Assembly (NCBI GenBank): GCA_046758385.1
Contig: JBHIAB010000003.1
Span: 1 to 51,025 of the forward strand
Origin: Candidatus Methylomirabilia bacterium
GTDB taxonomy: Bacteria; Methylomirabilota; Methylomirabilia; Rokubacteriales; CSP1-6
DNA: 51,025 bases
Direction of reading: 5' to 3'
Both the position numbers and the translations under genes were made by a program. Each line of letters starts with the position of its first letter. Position 1 is the first letter of the stretch. This document shows positions 17,418 through 26,386 of the stretch, piece after piece. The notes under the pieces were generated by a model. It saw only the letters and a list, made by a program, of their open reading frames with translations, searched no databases and was not told where the DNA came from.

Positions 17418-18611
17418 TCAGATCACGCCATCAGTGCGGAGCCGGGCCAGCTCGGCGTCCGAGTAGCCCAGGAGCCGCCTCAGCACCTCCTCCGTGTGCT
17501 GGCCCAGGAGCGGCGGAGGGCTGGTGATCGCGCCCGGAGTCTCGGAGAACTTGATCGGAACCCCAACGACTCGGACAACCCCCGCGGTCGGATGCTGCAC
17601 CTCCTCCACCATCTGTCGGTGGCTCACCTGGGGGTCCGCGAACACGTCGGCCACGTTGTTGATGGGCCCCGTGGGGAGCCCAGCAGCACCGAACGCCTCC
17701 ACCCACTCGTCGCGGCTCTTGGTTTGAAGCTTCTCCTCGATCATTCGGACCAGCTCCTGGCGCCGCTCCACACGCTTGGCATTGGTGTCAAACCGCGGGT
17801 CGTCCGCCCACTCGGGAGCGCCGAGGCACTTGCAGAAGACCTTCCAGAGCCGGTCGTTGCCCGCTCCCACCATGAGATAGTCGTCCTTGGCCTTGAAGGC
17901 CTGGTAGGGGACCAGTGACGGGTGTGCGCTCCCCCACCGCCCTTGCACCTCTCCCGCGATGAGATAGGCTCCTGCGGCATTCATAAGCGCGGCCAACCCG
18001 CACTCGAAGAGCGAGCACTCGACCTTCTGCCCGTGCCCGGTCTTCCCGCGATGATGAAGCGCCGCCAGGATGGCGCCATGGGCGTAGAGGGCCGTGATCT
18101 CATCGATGAGCGCGACGCCGACCTTCACGGGTGGGCCATCCGGCTCGCCGGTGATGGACATGAGTCCGGTCACTCCCTGCATGACGGCATCATAGCCGGC
18201 CCACTCGCGCTTGGGACCTGAGGTGCCGAAGCCGGAGATGCTGCAGAATATGAGCCGCGGGTTCTCCTGCCCGAGCGTCTCGTACCCCAGGTCCAGCTCC
18301 TCCATGGTCCCCGGCTTGAAATTCTCGACGAGCACATCGGCCTGCCGCACCAGCGCCTTGAGGATCTCCTTCCCCTGAGACTGCTTCAGGTTCAGCGTGA
18401 CGGACTTCTTGTTGCGGTTGACCGAGAAGAAATAGGCGGCCGAGCCGTCGGGAGCCCGAGGCGGGGCCCACTGCCGGCTATCATCCCCGACTCCTGGCTG
18501 TTCGATCTTGATGATCTCGGCCCCGTAGTCGCCGAAGATTTGGGTGGCCAGCGGGCCAGCCACGATGCGGGAGAGATCAATGATCCGAAGATCCTCGAGG
18601 GGACAAGACAC
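17418..18611 (-). CDS. Family III CoA-transferase (CaiB/BaiF)
   Basis: DLSRIVAGP, GAEIIKIEQPGVGDDSR, NRNKKS, ENFKPG, GYD; GTG start after SD gggagg. Confidence 0.95.
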   Translation of the reverse strand: MSCPLEDLRIIDLSRIVAGPLATQIFGDYGAEIIKIEQPGVGDDSRQWAPPRAPDGSAAYFFSVNRNKKSVTLNLKQSQGKEILKALVRQADVLVENFKPGTMEELDLGYETLGQENPRLIFCSISGFGTSGPKREWAGYDAVMQGVTGLMSITGEPDGPPVKVGVALIDEITALYAHGAILAALHHRGKTGHGQKVECSLFECGLAALMNAAGAYLIAGEVQGRWGSAHPSLVPYQAFKAKDDYLMVGAGNDRLWKVFCKCLGAPEWADDPRFDTNAKRVERRQELVRMIEEKLQTKSRDEWVEAFGAAGLPTGPINNVADVFADPQVSHRQMVEEVQHPTAGVVRVVGVPIKFSETPGAITSPPPLLGQHTEEVLRRLLGYSDAELARLRTDGVI

Positions 18612-18685
18612 GGTGGCCTCCCTAGCATGAGGTGCGGAGAGATCATAGGCACGCCGCCCTCGGCCTTCAACGCGCGCGACGTGCC

Positions 18686-18714
18686 TTGAGTGGCCCGAGC
18701 GGGCCACGTATACT
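18686..18714 (+). promoter_or_regulatory. Putative sigma70 promoter, probably leaderless, for sppA
   Basis: TTGAGT-N17-TATACT-N7-ATG(18722); no SD. Confidence 0.55.
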
Positions 18715-18721
18715 TGAAACG

Positions 18722-19675
18722 ATGCGATCCGCTCTCGCCGCAGCGCTGACGGTCCTGCTGGCCGGGTGCTCCGTCATCAGCGTGGACTTCACGCCCCGCA
18801 TCCGGCCACTCCGTGAACGAGTCGTCGAGGGGTCCGGGACGGCAAAGATCCTGCTCCTGGAACTCTCCGGTCTTCTCAGCGAAGAGTCGCTCCTGGTCAT
18901 GGGCCCGTCCCGGCCGCAGGTGCCGCTCCTGGCGCGAGTCCGCGAGGAGCTGAAGAAGGCCGAGCAAGACGAGAAGGTGCGGGCAGTGGTGGTCAAGATC
19001 AACAGCCCCGGCGGGACATCGACAGCCTCGGACATCCTCTACCACGAGCTCAAGGCCTTCAAAGCCGAACACAAGATCCCGGTGGTGGCGGTGATCATGG
19101 ATATCGGCGCCTCGGGCGGGTACTACGTCGCCCTGGCTGCGGACACCATCGTCGCCCATCCCACCACGGTCACCGGCTCCATCGGCGTGATGATGCTCAC
19201 GCTCAACGCCGAGGGGCTCTTGGAGAAGATCGGCGTGTCCCCCGTCACCATCAAGTCGGCGGCCAAGAAGGACATGGGGTCGCCGTTTCGGCGCCTCAGC
19301 GACGAAGAACGTGAGATCTTCCAGTCGGTGATCGACGACCTCCACGCGCGCTTCGTCACGCTGGTGGCTCAGGAGCGGAAGCTTCCGGAAGAGACGGTGC
19401 GCGGGCTGGCCGACGGGCGAATCTACACGGCCGAGCAGGCCAAGGCCCTCGGCCTGGTGGATCAAGTGGGCTACGTGGACGAGGCCATCCGGCTGGCGCG
19501 CGCGGCCGCCGGAGTGAGTGAGGCGCGAGTGATCATGTACCACCGGCCGAGACAGTATCGGGCCACCATCTACTCGACGACCCCCTCGCCTAGCCCCGTG
19601 CAGATTTCCCTGGCTCAACTCTCCTCGCTGCTCGTGGGCCCCGGCCCTCGCTTCCTCTACCTCTGGTGGCCGTAA
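18722..19675 (+). CDS. sppA: Signal peptide peptidase SppA (short type, lipoprotein)
   Basis: Lipobox LAGC; INSPGG, ASGGYY, TGSIGV, DGRIYTAEQA..GLVD. Confidence 0.93.
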   Translation: MRSALAAALTVLLAGCSVISVDFTPRIRPLRERVVEGSGTAKILLLELSGLLSEESLLVMGPSRPQVPLLARVREELKKAEQDEKVRAVVVKINSPGGTSTASDILYHELKAFKAEHKIPVVAVIMDIGASGGYYVALAADTIVAHPTTVTGSIGVMMLTLNAEGLLEKIGVSPVTIKSAAKKDMGSPFRRLSDEEREIFQSVIDDLHARFVTLVAQERKLPEETVRGLADGRIYTAEQAKALGLVDQVGYVDEAIRLARAAAGVSEARVIMYHRPRQYRATIYSTTPSPSPVQISLAQLSSLLVGPGPRFLYLWWP

Positions 19676-19716
19676 TCGCTTCGTGCCCCTCTGAGTGAAC
19701 CAGCCTACAAATCCGC

Positions 19717-19745
19717 TTGACATGACCCTTTCCCCTCGCTAGCGT
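19717..19745 (+). promoter_or_regulatory. Putative sigma70 promoter with no downstream + strand gene
   Basis: TTGACA (19717-22)-N17-TAGCGT (19740-45). Confidence 0.6.
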
Positions 19746-19751
19746 ACAGGT

Positions 19752-19909
19752 GGCCCTGAGGAATCGGACGCCGGTCTGAGCACCGGAGGGTCACGGGACG
19801 AGGGCAGGTCAGTTGGGACTGTGTGGTCCCAGAGGGCAGGTCGCTCACCCGCTCCCGCAGTTTGGAGCGGGGGCTTTCCCAGCCCATTGAATGTTCCTCA
19901 GGGCTTTTT
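19752..19909 (+). ncRNA. Candidate structured small RNA (about 158 nt), family unidentified
   Basis: Starts just after the promoter. 5' GCCCTGAGGAA pairs with 3' TTCCTCAGGGC, followed by TTTTT. Internal hairpins CCGGT/ACCGG, TGGGAC/GTCCCA, CCCGCTCC/GGAGCGGG. Confidence 0.55.
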
Positions 19910-20515
19910 CTTGCCGCGCTCTTCCCCCAAGGCGCCTTCCGGAGCAAACACGAGATCCAGAAAGTGCTTGACGATGCGGGCGGTAGCCCCCCAGATCACC
20001 GGCCCCCCCCACTCGTAAAAGTACACCGGCCTCGTCTCCCCACCCCGCTCCCAGAGCTCTACGCGAAAGTTGGCAGGGTCGCGGAGGGTGTCCAGCGGCA
20101 CCTCCAGCACCTGCTCGATCTCCTTGCCATCCGGCCGCCAGAGCACGGGCTCCCGAATGATTCCCACGAAGGGCGTGATCACGAACGGGGTGGCCTGGGT
20201 CTCCGTGTCGTCGAGCGTGCCCAGGATCTCGACGGCATCGGGGGAAAGTCCGATCTCCTCCTCCGCTTCCCGGAGCGCCGCCTCAAGCCGCGAGCCATCC
20301 CGGGTTTCCACGATTCCCCCGGGAAAGGAGACTTGCCCCTTGTGATGAGCCACGCGGTCGCTTCGCTTGCCGAAGACGATGTACGGGCCGGCGGCGCGAT
20401 CGATGATCGGGACGAGGACCGCGGCCGGCATGAGGCCCGCCCGCGGCTCCACCACCTGCCGGAGGCGATCCGAAAGGACCGCCTCGATCCGCTGCTTCAA
20501 CTCCCCGATGTCCAC
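19898..20515 (-). CDS. Nudix CoA pyrophosphatase
   Basis: AAVLVP, HKGQVSFPGG, AALREAEEEIGL Nudix box, IWGATA. Confidence 0.93.
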   Translation of the reverse strand: MDIGELKQRIEAVLSDRLRQVVEPRAGLMPAAVLVPIIDRAAGPYIVFGKRSDRVAHHKGQVSFPGGIVETRDGSRLEAALREAEEEIGLSPDAVEILGTLDDTETQATPFVITPFVGIIREPVLWRPDGKEIEQVLEVPLDTLRDPANFRVELWERGGETRPVYFYEWGGPVIWGATARIVKHFLDLVFAPEGALGEERGKKKP

Positions 20516-20545
20516 AGAGCTCGTCGCGGCAGCATCCGCGCGACC

Positions 20546-21328
20546 CTAGCGCGCCTTGAACTCCGGCTTGCGCTTCTCGGCGAACGCCTTCGGCCCCTCG
20601 ATGGCGTCCTCGGTGCCACGGAGGGTGCCCGAGAGAAACGCTTCGAGCCTGAGGCCGTCCGCCAGGGGCAGCGAGAGCCCGCGAATCACCGCTTCCTTGG
20701 CGGCACGGACCGCCAGGGGTCCACGCTCGCAAAGCGTCTGGGCCCACTTCATTGCCGCCGGCACCAGTTCGGAAAGGGGCACCACCTTGTTCACCAGGCC
20801 GATCCGGTACGCCTCCTCGGCGTCGATGGTCTGGGCCATCAGGATCATCTCGAGGGCTTTCACCAGGGGCACCGCGCGCGGGAGCCGCTGCGTCCCACCC
20901 GCTCCCGGCATGATGGCCCAGCGCACCTCGGTCAGGCCAAAGGTCGCGTTGGGGGAGGCCAGCCTCAGGTCGCAGGCCAGCGCCAGCTCCAGGCCACCCG
21001 CCAAGCAGTGGCCGTTGACGGCCGCGATCATCGGCTTCCAGACCTCCAGCCCCCGCGTGATCCCGCCCAGCCCGAGTTGGTTGTGCCGCGGCGAGCCTCC
21101 CTTGCCAAAGGTCGCCGGGATGAGCTTCTTGAGGTCGGCTCCCGCCGAGAAGGCCTTCTCACCGGCGCCGGTGAGAATCGCCACCCAAGCGGAATCATCG
21201 TCCCGGAACCGGGTCCACGCCTCGACCAGAGCCTGTTGGGTTTCCGGGTCGACGGCATTCATCGCGTCGGGCCGGTTGAGGGTGATGACGACGATCTTAT
21301 CCTTTTGCTCGTAGAGCACTGGCGGCAT
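20546..21328 (-). CDS. Enoyl-CoA hydratase/isomerase family protein
   Basis: AFSAGADL, AGGLELALACD, EVRWAIMPGAGGTQRLPR; SD aaggagg before ATG 21328. Confidence 0.95.
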   Translation of the reverse strand: MPPVLYEQKDKIVVITLNRPDAMNAVDPETQQALVEAWTRFRDDDSAWVAILTGAGEKAFSAGADLKKLIPATFGKGGSPRHNQLGLGGITRGLEVWKPMIAAVNGHCLAGGLELALACDLRLASPNATFGLTEVRWAIMPGAGGTQRLPRAVPLVKALEMILMAQTIDAEEAYRIGLVNKVVPLSELVPAAMKWAQTLCERGPLAVRAAKEAVIRGLSLPLADGLRLEAFLSGTLRGTEDAIEGPKAFAEKRKPEFKAR

Positions 21329-21492
21329 AGCGCGCCTCCTTGGTTCGAACAGCTTGAATCCGCGAACTGCGCGGCCTCCTCGCGGCATGCCAGAGTGGGG
21401 GGCTTACCGTGGCTGGCAGGCGACAACCTGCCCGGGGCCAATCAGCCGAGGTTGTGAAACCCGTCAGAGCCCGACAGACGGATCGCAAGGCT

Positions 21493-22416
21493 TCACTGCC
21501 GACGGACAGGCTGACTTCCTCCCTCGATTCCGAGCTTCAAGGCCGCGACGGAGGTGATGAGGCCGGGCACGAGCCCCTGGAAGAAGTCGACGGTGGCCAG
21601 GATGTCGGCGATCTGGGCCGAATTGAATCCCGCATGTTTGAGCGTCTCGGAGTCGATGGCCAGGGGGAACGGGAGGTCCAACGCGAGGGCAACGGCCAGC
21701 TCGTTGAGTTTCCGCACCTCCCGCTGAAACGTCGCTGAAGAGGGTTTGTTCTTCCAGTCCTCCCAGGCCAGCACCACGTAGTCAGGCCAGCGCCCCACGG
21801 CCCGGAAGTCCGAGGGAACGAACGGGAGGCCCAAGGTCTTCATGACCTCCCGGTACACCGTCTGCACGTCCGGCGGACTCGCCTCGATCTCCACCAGCTG
21901 GAACTCTTGAACGCGGGTGGGATGGGTGTAGTGAGGGAGCAGATGCGCCCACGGTTTGCCAGGCAACGGCTTCTCCGCCAGCGAAGACTGCAGTGCCGAG
22001 GTCATCAGAAGGAGGAAGGGATCACAGTAGAGGAAGAAGTCCAGGATCGCCTTGATCTCTTTGGGAGTGCTGTCCGCGAACCCCCGCATCCGGAGCTCGG
22101 CCCGGTGGTCGCCGACCGTGAAGTGCTCCCGGACAATGGCGAGGGCCTGGCGTCGGATCACCTCCGCCTTGTCGAAGAAGTCCTGGGTGAGAGCGTTGGG
22201 TCGGAGGAAGTCCCATTGGAGTCTGAGAAACCGGGGGTACTTGGCGAAAGCGCGAAACAACACGTTGACCAGCGCAAAGCCCAGGGACGCGGTGATCTCA
22301 TCGAAGCACTCGCGGACCGCCTCGCTGGCCTCGTCTTCCTGGATGATGACAAGCTTGGCCTGGACCGCACCCTTGCCTGCCCGCTGCCAGTACTCTCGTG
22401 GATCCTTCGCGACCAT
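21493..22416 (-). CDS. DehI-family (group I haloacid dehalogenase-like) protein
   Basis: Two internal repeats: EASEAV..FDEI..LG..VN.LFRAFAKYP.FL..W and EAS..V..VY.E..LGLPFVPSDFRAVGRWPDY..W. Confidence 0.7.
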   Translation of the reverse strand: MVAKDPREYWQRAGKGAVQAKLVIIQEDEASEAVRECFDEITASLGFALVNVLFRAFAKYPRFLRLQWDFLRPNALTQDFFDKAEVIRRQALAIVREHFTVGDHRAELRMRGFADSTPKEIKAILDFFLYCDPFLLLMTSALQSSLAEKPLPGKPWAHLLPHYTHPTRVQEFQLVEIEASPPDVQTVYREVMKTLGLPFVPSDFRAVGRWPDYVVLAWEDWKNKPSSATFQREVRKLNELAVALALDLPFPLAIDSETLKHAGFNSAQIADILATVDFFQGLVPGLITSVAALKLGIEGGSQPVRRQ

Positions 22417-22498
22417 GGTCCCCTCACCGTCGGGAGCAGGCTCCCACAATCTTCTGCAAACGCCTCATGCGCCGTCGCTCACCCCGCTCAGCGCTGGC

Positions 22499-23278
22499 CT
22501 AGGGTGCGGCCGCGAGCCGCCGCTGGACATGCTGGAGGATCTGCGTCATCACCTCACCGGCCTTCGCCTGGATCTTCACGTCGGCGTACTGGTCGTGGGG
22601 GGTCTCGCTCATGTTCACGATCACCAGGCTGGCGCCCGCCCGCTTGGCGCTGAGCGGCATCATCGCCGCGGGGTAGACCACCAACGAGGAGCCCACCACC
22701 AGGAAAAGGTCGGCGGCCTTGGCACGGAGCTCAGCTTCCTGGGTCTCACGAACGGGCATGGCCTCACCGAAGAGGATGGTGTTCGGCTTGATGATCCCGC
22801 CGCAGGGTGGCTCACACATCGGGACCTCCACCCCTGACTCCAGCCGCTGCTGGATCTGGTCTCGCGAGTACGGCCGCTCACAGGCGAGACAGCGGGCGCG
22901 GGTGGCATTGCCGTGGAGCTCGATCACCTTCTCCGGGAGGAGCCCCGCCTTCTGGTGGAGGTTGTCGATGTTCTGGGTGATGCAGCAGTCAAGCCTGCCC
23001 ATCCGATCGAGCTCGGCGATGGCGTAGTGGGCGGCGTTGGGCTCTGCGTTCCTGACCACGTGATACACCTCGCGGCCAAGTTGCCAGTACTTCCGGCGCC
23101 CCTCCTCGCTGGCAATGAAATTCTGATAGGTGAACTCGTCGGGATCGAAGCGGTCCCAGATCCCTCCCGGGCTGCGAAAGTCAGGGATTCCCGACTCGGT
23201 ACTCACCCCGGCTCCGGTGAAGACCACCACGCGCCGCGCCCGGACAATCAGATCGGCGACGCGCTCGATGCCATCCAT
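22499..23278 (-). CDS. cobB: Sir2-family NAD-dependent protein deacylase
   Basis: GAGVSTESGIPDFR, TQNIDNLH, ELHG, Zn-binding Cys pairs, GSSLVVYP. Confidence 0.95.
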   Translation of the reverse strand: MDGIERVADLIVRARRVVVFTGAGVSTESGIPDFRSPGGIWDRFDPDEFTYQNFIASEEGRRKYWQLGREVYHVVRNAEPNAAHYAIAELDRMGRLDCCITQNIDNLHQKAGLLPEKVIELHGNATRARCLACERPYSRDQIQQRLESGVEVPMCEPPCGGIIKPNTILFGEAMPVRETQEAELRAKAADLFLVVGSSLVVYPAAMMPLSAKRAGASLVIVNMSETPHDQYADVKIQAKAGEVMTQILQHVQRRLAAAP

Positions 23279-23298
23279 CCCGTTAGCCCCCCGGTCGG

Positions 23299-23317
23299 CT
23301 AGTGCCGTTCCAACTTG
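23299..23317 (+). repeat. Solo copy of the MITE-like terminal sequence CTAGTGCCGTTCCAACTTG
   Basis: Identical 19-mer to 31870-31888. Confidence 0.7.
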
Positions 23318-23329
23318 GTGTGACGACAC

Positions 23330-23707
23330 CTACCGCTTCCGCTTCTTCGCGGGCCGAGCCGTCGTCTTCCGGGCCGCCTTCTTCTTGGGCTTGGGCTTGG
23401 CCTTCGCTTTGAGCTTCACCCTCTTCGGGATCGCGGCCGGCGCCGCCGCGCGGGCAGCCTTCACGAACGGTTCGTTCCGCTTCCCCACCCCGCCCCGGAG
23501 CACGGGCCCCGTCTTGATGCTTCGAATCCAGGCGTCCAGGTCTCGGCCTAGCTCGCGGTAGCAGCTGTCTCGATACGCTTCGAGCGCACGGAGGGCCGCC
23601 GGATCTTTCCACGGCTTCAGCACGAAGGCCCCATCCGGATCCGTCTGATCAAAGGGAGCCTCGGTGGCCATGGCCATCACGATGTAGCGCCTGGTCAGCT
23701 CAGCCAT
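23330..23707 (-). CDS. Hypothetical protein with Lys/Ala/Pro-rich histone-H1-like C-terminal tail
   Basis: SD aggaggaag; globular N-domain (FVLKPWKDPAALRALEAY) plus tail KLKAKAKPKPKKKAARKTTARPAKKRKR. Confidence 0.8.
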   Translation of the reverse strand: MAELTRRYIVMAMATEAPFDQTDPDGAFVLKPWKDPAALRALEAYRDSCYRELGRDLDAWIRSIKTGPVLRGGVGKRNEPFVKAARAAAPAAIPKRVKLKAKAKPKPKKKAARKTTARPAKKRKR

Positions 23708-23850
23708 AGACCCTTCCTCCTGTGGTCTAGCAAGGTGAGACAGGGGAAACCACCCGCCTCCGCGCCCGGAGGAGCGCTGGCGCCAAGGGGCCCTGGCGCA
23801 TGCGTTAGAGAAAATCTCTAGGGGTTAGGTCCCCGGGTCTCTGCCCCGGG

Positions 23851-25035
23851 TTAGGGCTGGGAGAGAACCGCGACGGCAGCGACGGCGCCAGGGCCACCCA
23901 CGTTGTGGGCGAGGCCCATCCTGGCGTCCTTGACCTGCATCTTCCCCGCGCGCCCAAGGAGCTGGTCATGGATATTGTTGATCATGCGGACGCCCGAAGC
24001 CCCGATCGGGTGGCCACAGGACTTGAGGCCACCTGAGGTGTTCACAGGCAGATCTCCGCCCAGCTTCGTCACGCCACCGGTGGCGAGCTTCCACCCTTCC
24101 CCTGGCTTCGCGAAACCCAAGTCCTCATAGTTGACCATCTCGGTGATCGTGAAACAGTCGTGGCACTCGGCCACGTCGATCTCCTTGGGCGGGTCCGTCA
24201 CGCCAGCCATCTGGTACGCGGCCTGGGCGGCCTCGCGTGTAGAGCGGAACGAGGTAAAGGACCAGGATTGGTCAAACTGGGTGTTCCAGTAGCCTGCGGT
24301 CACCGCGTAGGCAATGCCGCGAATAATGGTATAGGTATCGGTGAACTTGGAGGCCAGCTCGGCACTGGTTAGGATCGCGGCCGCGGCGCCATCGGTGGTG
24401 GGGCAGCAGTCGAAGAGGCCGAGAGGCTCGGCGACCTTCGGGGCGCGCTGGTACTGCTCCGGGGTGATCTCCTTCTGAAAGTGGGCCTTGGGGTTGAGCG
24501 AGCCATGGTAGTGGTTCTTAATGGCTACGGCAGCGAGGGCCTCCTCAGTCGCTCCGTACTCCTTCATATACCGGGTAGCGAGCAGGGCGAACATCCCGGG
24601 GGCGGTTCGCCCCTTGGAGAGGACCGGGTGCCCGCGGTTCACCGCCTGGGCTACCAGGCTCCCTCGCGAGGGCACCTCGCGCATCTTCTCGGCCCCGATG
24701 GCCAGGACCAGGTCATACTCCCCGGACGCCACAGCGAGCGCCGCATTCCTGACCGCCTCGATCCCCGTGGCGCAGTATGCGGCCACGCGCGTAACCGGGA
24801 TGGGAAAGAGATTCAGAGGGTCCGCCACGAAGGTGCCCGAGTTTCCCTCGAAGCCATAGAGCATGGGCTCGTAGCACCCGAGCCAGGCCGCTTGGAGCTG
24901 ACGCGTCTCCACCTTTGCGTCGGCCAGAGCGAGATTCACCGCTTCGAAGACCATGTCGGTCAAGCTCTGGTGGAAGTTCTCCCCGAACTTGATGGTGCCG
25001 GTCCCGATGATGGCCACCTTGCCGCCGAGCCCCAT
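23851..25035 (-). CDS. Thiolase family protein (SCP2/SCP-x type)
   Basis: YCATG, KNH, TDGAAA, ECHDCF, GHPIGASG, HNVGG; SD aaggagg. Confidence 0.93.
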   Translation of the reverse strand: MGLGGKVAIIGTGTIKFGENFHQSLTDMVFEAVNLALADAKVETRQLQAAWLGCYEPMLYGFEGNSGTFVADPLNLFPIPVTRVAAYCATGIEAVRNAALAVASGEYDLVLAIGAEKMREVPSRGSLVAQAVNRGHPVLSKGRTAPGMFALLATRYMKEYGATEEALAAVAIKNHYHGSLNPKAHFQKEITPEQYQRAPKVAEPLGLFDCCPTTDGAAAAILTSAELASKFTDTYTIIRGIAYAVTAGYWNTQFDQSWSFTSFRSTREAAQAAYQMAGVTDPPKEIDVAECHDCFTITEMVNYEDLGFAKPGEGWKLATGGVTKLGGDLPVNTSGGLKSCGHPIGASGVRMINNIHDQLLGRAGKMQVKDARMGLAHNVGGPGAVAAVAVLSQP

Positions 25036-25352
25036 GGCAACCTCCTTACTAGCTAGTGCCAACTCTCCTTACACTACTCTCGCACCTGCCCGTTCCGCAA
25101 GTGTCCCCCGAGACTAGGTCCGGACCCCTCCGGGCCCCGCCTACCCCCTCTCCCAACGACCCCACGCGGTCGCCATGGTATCACCAAATCGAGAACGCGG
25201 AAACCGAGAATCCCAGCTTTGGGAGGCTTCATGCGCGGCAAGCGCGCCCGATTTATGGCTTGATCTGCCAGAGAGCTGACGTGTATTGTTGATCGATCTC
25301 GATTCATACGGAACGACATGCTCCGGAGGCAAACGCAATCGCGGGGGAGCGC

Positions 25353-26231
25353 ATGAGGAAGACGGTGCGGGAGGCCATCAGATCCCTGCTCTTGACGGTC
25401 ACTTTGGCCGTCTTCGCAGCGTTTGCGAGCCTCGTTGGCCCCTCCACCACCGAGGCCGAGGTAAACGATTCCCCACCCAGTTTGCCCCCGGCGGCGAACA
25501 CGTTCGAGGTCAGCCACCCCCCGAGCTCATGGGAAATCAGCGAGGGGGAAACGGCCGGTGCTGGGCTTCGGCTCGACCTTGCCCTGAGAGCCCCCGAAGG
25601 TGGAACGCCCGCGGAGGAAGAGGAATTCATCGAGGAATATGACCCGTGGGAGCCGTTCAACGAGGTGATGTTCTCGCTCAACCTCAAGCTCGATCGGTAC
25701 GTGGTGAAGCCGGTGGCAAAGGTCTGGAACGGGGTCCTGCCCGACCCCGTCAAGCGGAGCCTGGACAGGGCCTTCGACAACCTGGGCATGCCGACCCGCC
25801 TGGTCAACAACGTCTTTCAGCTCAAGCTCACAGGAGCGGGCCGAGAGCTGGTTCGCTTCCTCGTCAACAGCACCATCGGCGTCGCTGGCCTCTTCGATGT
25901 CGCGAAGAGCATGGGCATTGAAGAGGCTGATGAAGACGCCGGGCAGACCTTGGCCCTCTATGGCGTCGGCCCTGGGCCCTACCTGATCTTGCCGCTCTTC
26001 CCGCCCCTCACGGTCCGTGACGGGATCGGCACGGTCATCGATGGAGTGCTCGATCCGCTCAACTACTTCTTCCCGGCCGAAGCCCTCACGGGAATGGAAG
26101 TCGGCGATCGGGTCAACGACCGGGCGCTCAATCTGGAGCTGTTCGAGGCCGTGGAAGAGACTGCCATCGACCTCTATAGCGCCGTGCGAAACGGGTATCT
26201 CCAACGGCGGCAACAGGTGATCCGGGAGTAG
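25353..26231 (+). CDS. mlaA: MlaA/VacJ family protein
   Basis: DPWEPFN, RFLVNSTIGVAGLFDVA, EDAGQTL, GPYLILPLF..TVRD. Confidence 0.9.
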   Translation: MRKTVREAIRSLLLTVTLAVFAAFASLVGPSTTEAEVNDSPPSLPPAANTFEVSHPPSSWEISEGETAGAGLRLDLALRAPEGGTPAEEEEFIEEYDPWEPFNEVMFSLNLKLDRYVVKPVAKVWNGVLPDPVKRSLDRAFDNLGMPTRLVNNVFQLKLTGAGRELVRFLVNSTIGVAGLFDVAKSMGIEEADEDAGQTLALYGVGPGPYLILPLFPPLTVRDGIGTVIDGVLDPLNYFFPAEALTGMEVGDRVNDRALNLELFEAVEETAIDLYSAVRNGYLQRRQQVIRE

Positions 26232-26386
26232 TCCCGAGCGACGCTAAGCACACGCTTTCACAAATATCACGACGTAAGCTGGTTACAAGAGGTGAGAGCG
26301 TTACACCAGCGCGGCACGGGCTCAAGGAGCGCGATGGCTCGGGTTGCCGCCATGCGCTGGATGAACCGACTATCGTCTCTGAAACT

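Noticed and set aside
18392-19723. 443-aa minus-strand ORF
   Set aside because: Antisense to sppA; no recognisable domain.
19755-19800. CTGAGGA as a hammerhead ribozyme core
   Set aside because: No matching GAAA strand or three-stem layout; the bases are better explained by the closing helix.
19823-21457. 544-aa plus-strand ORF
   Set aside because: Antisense shadow of the Nudix and crotonase genes; no motifs; expected in GC-rich DNA.
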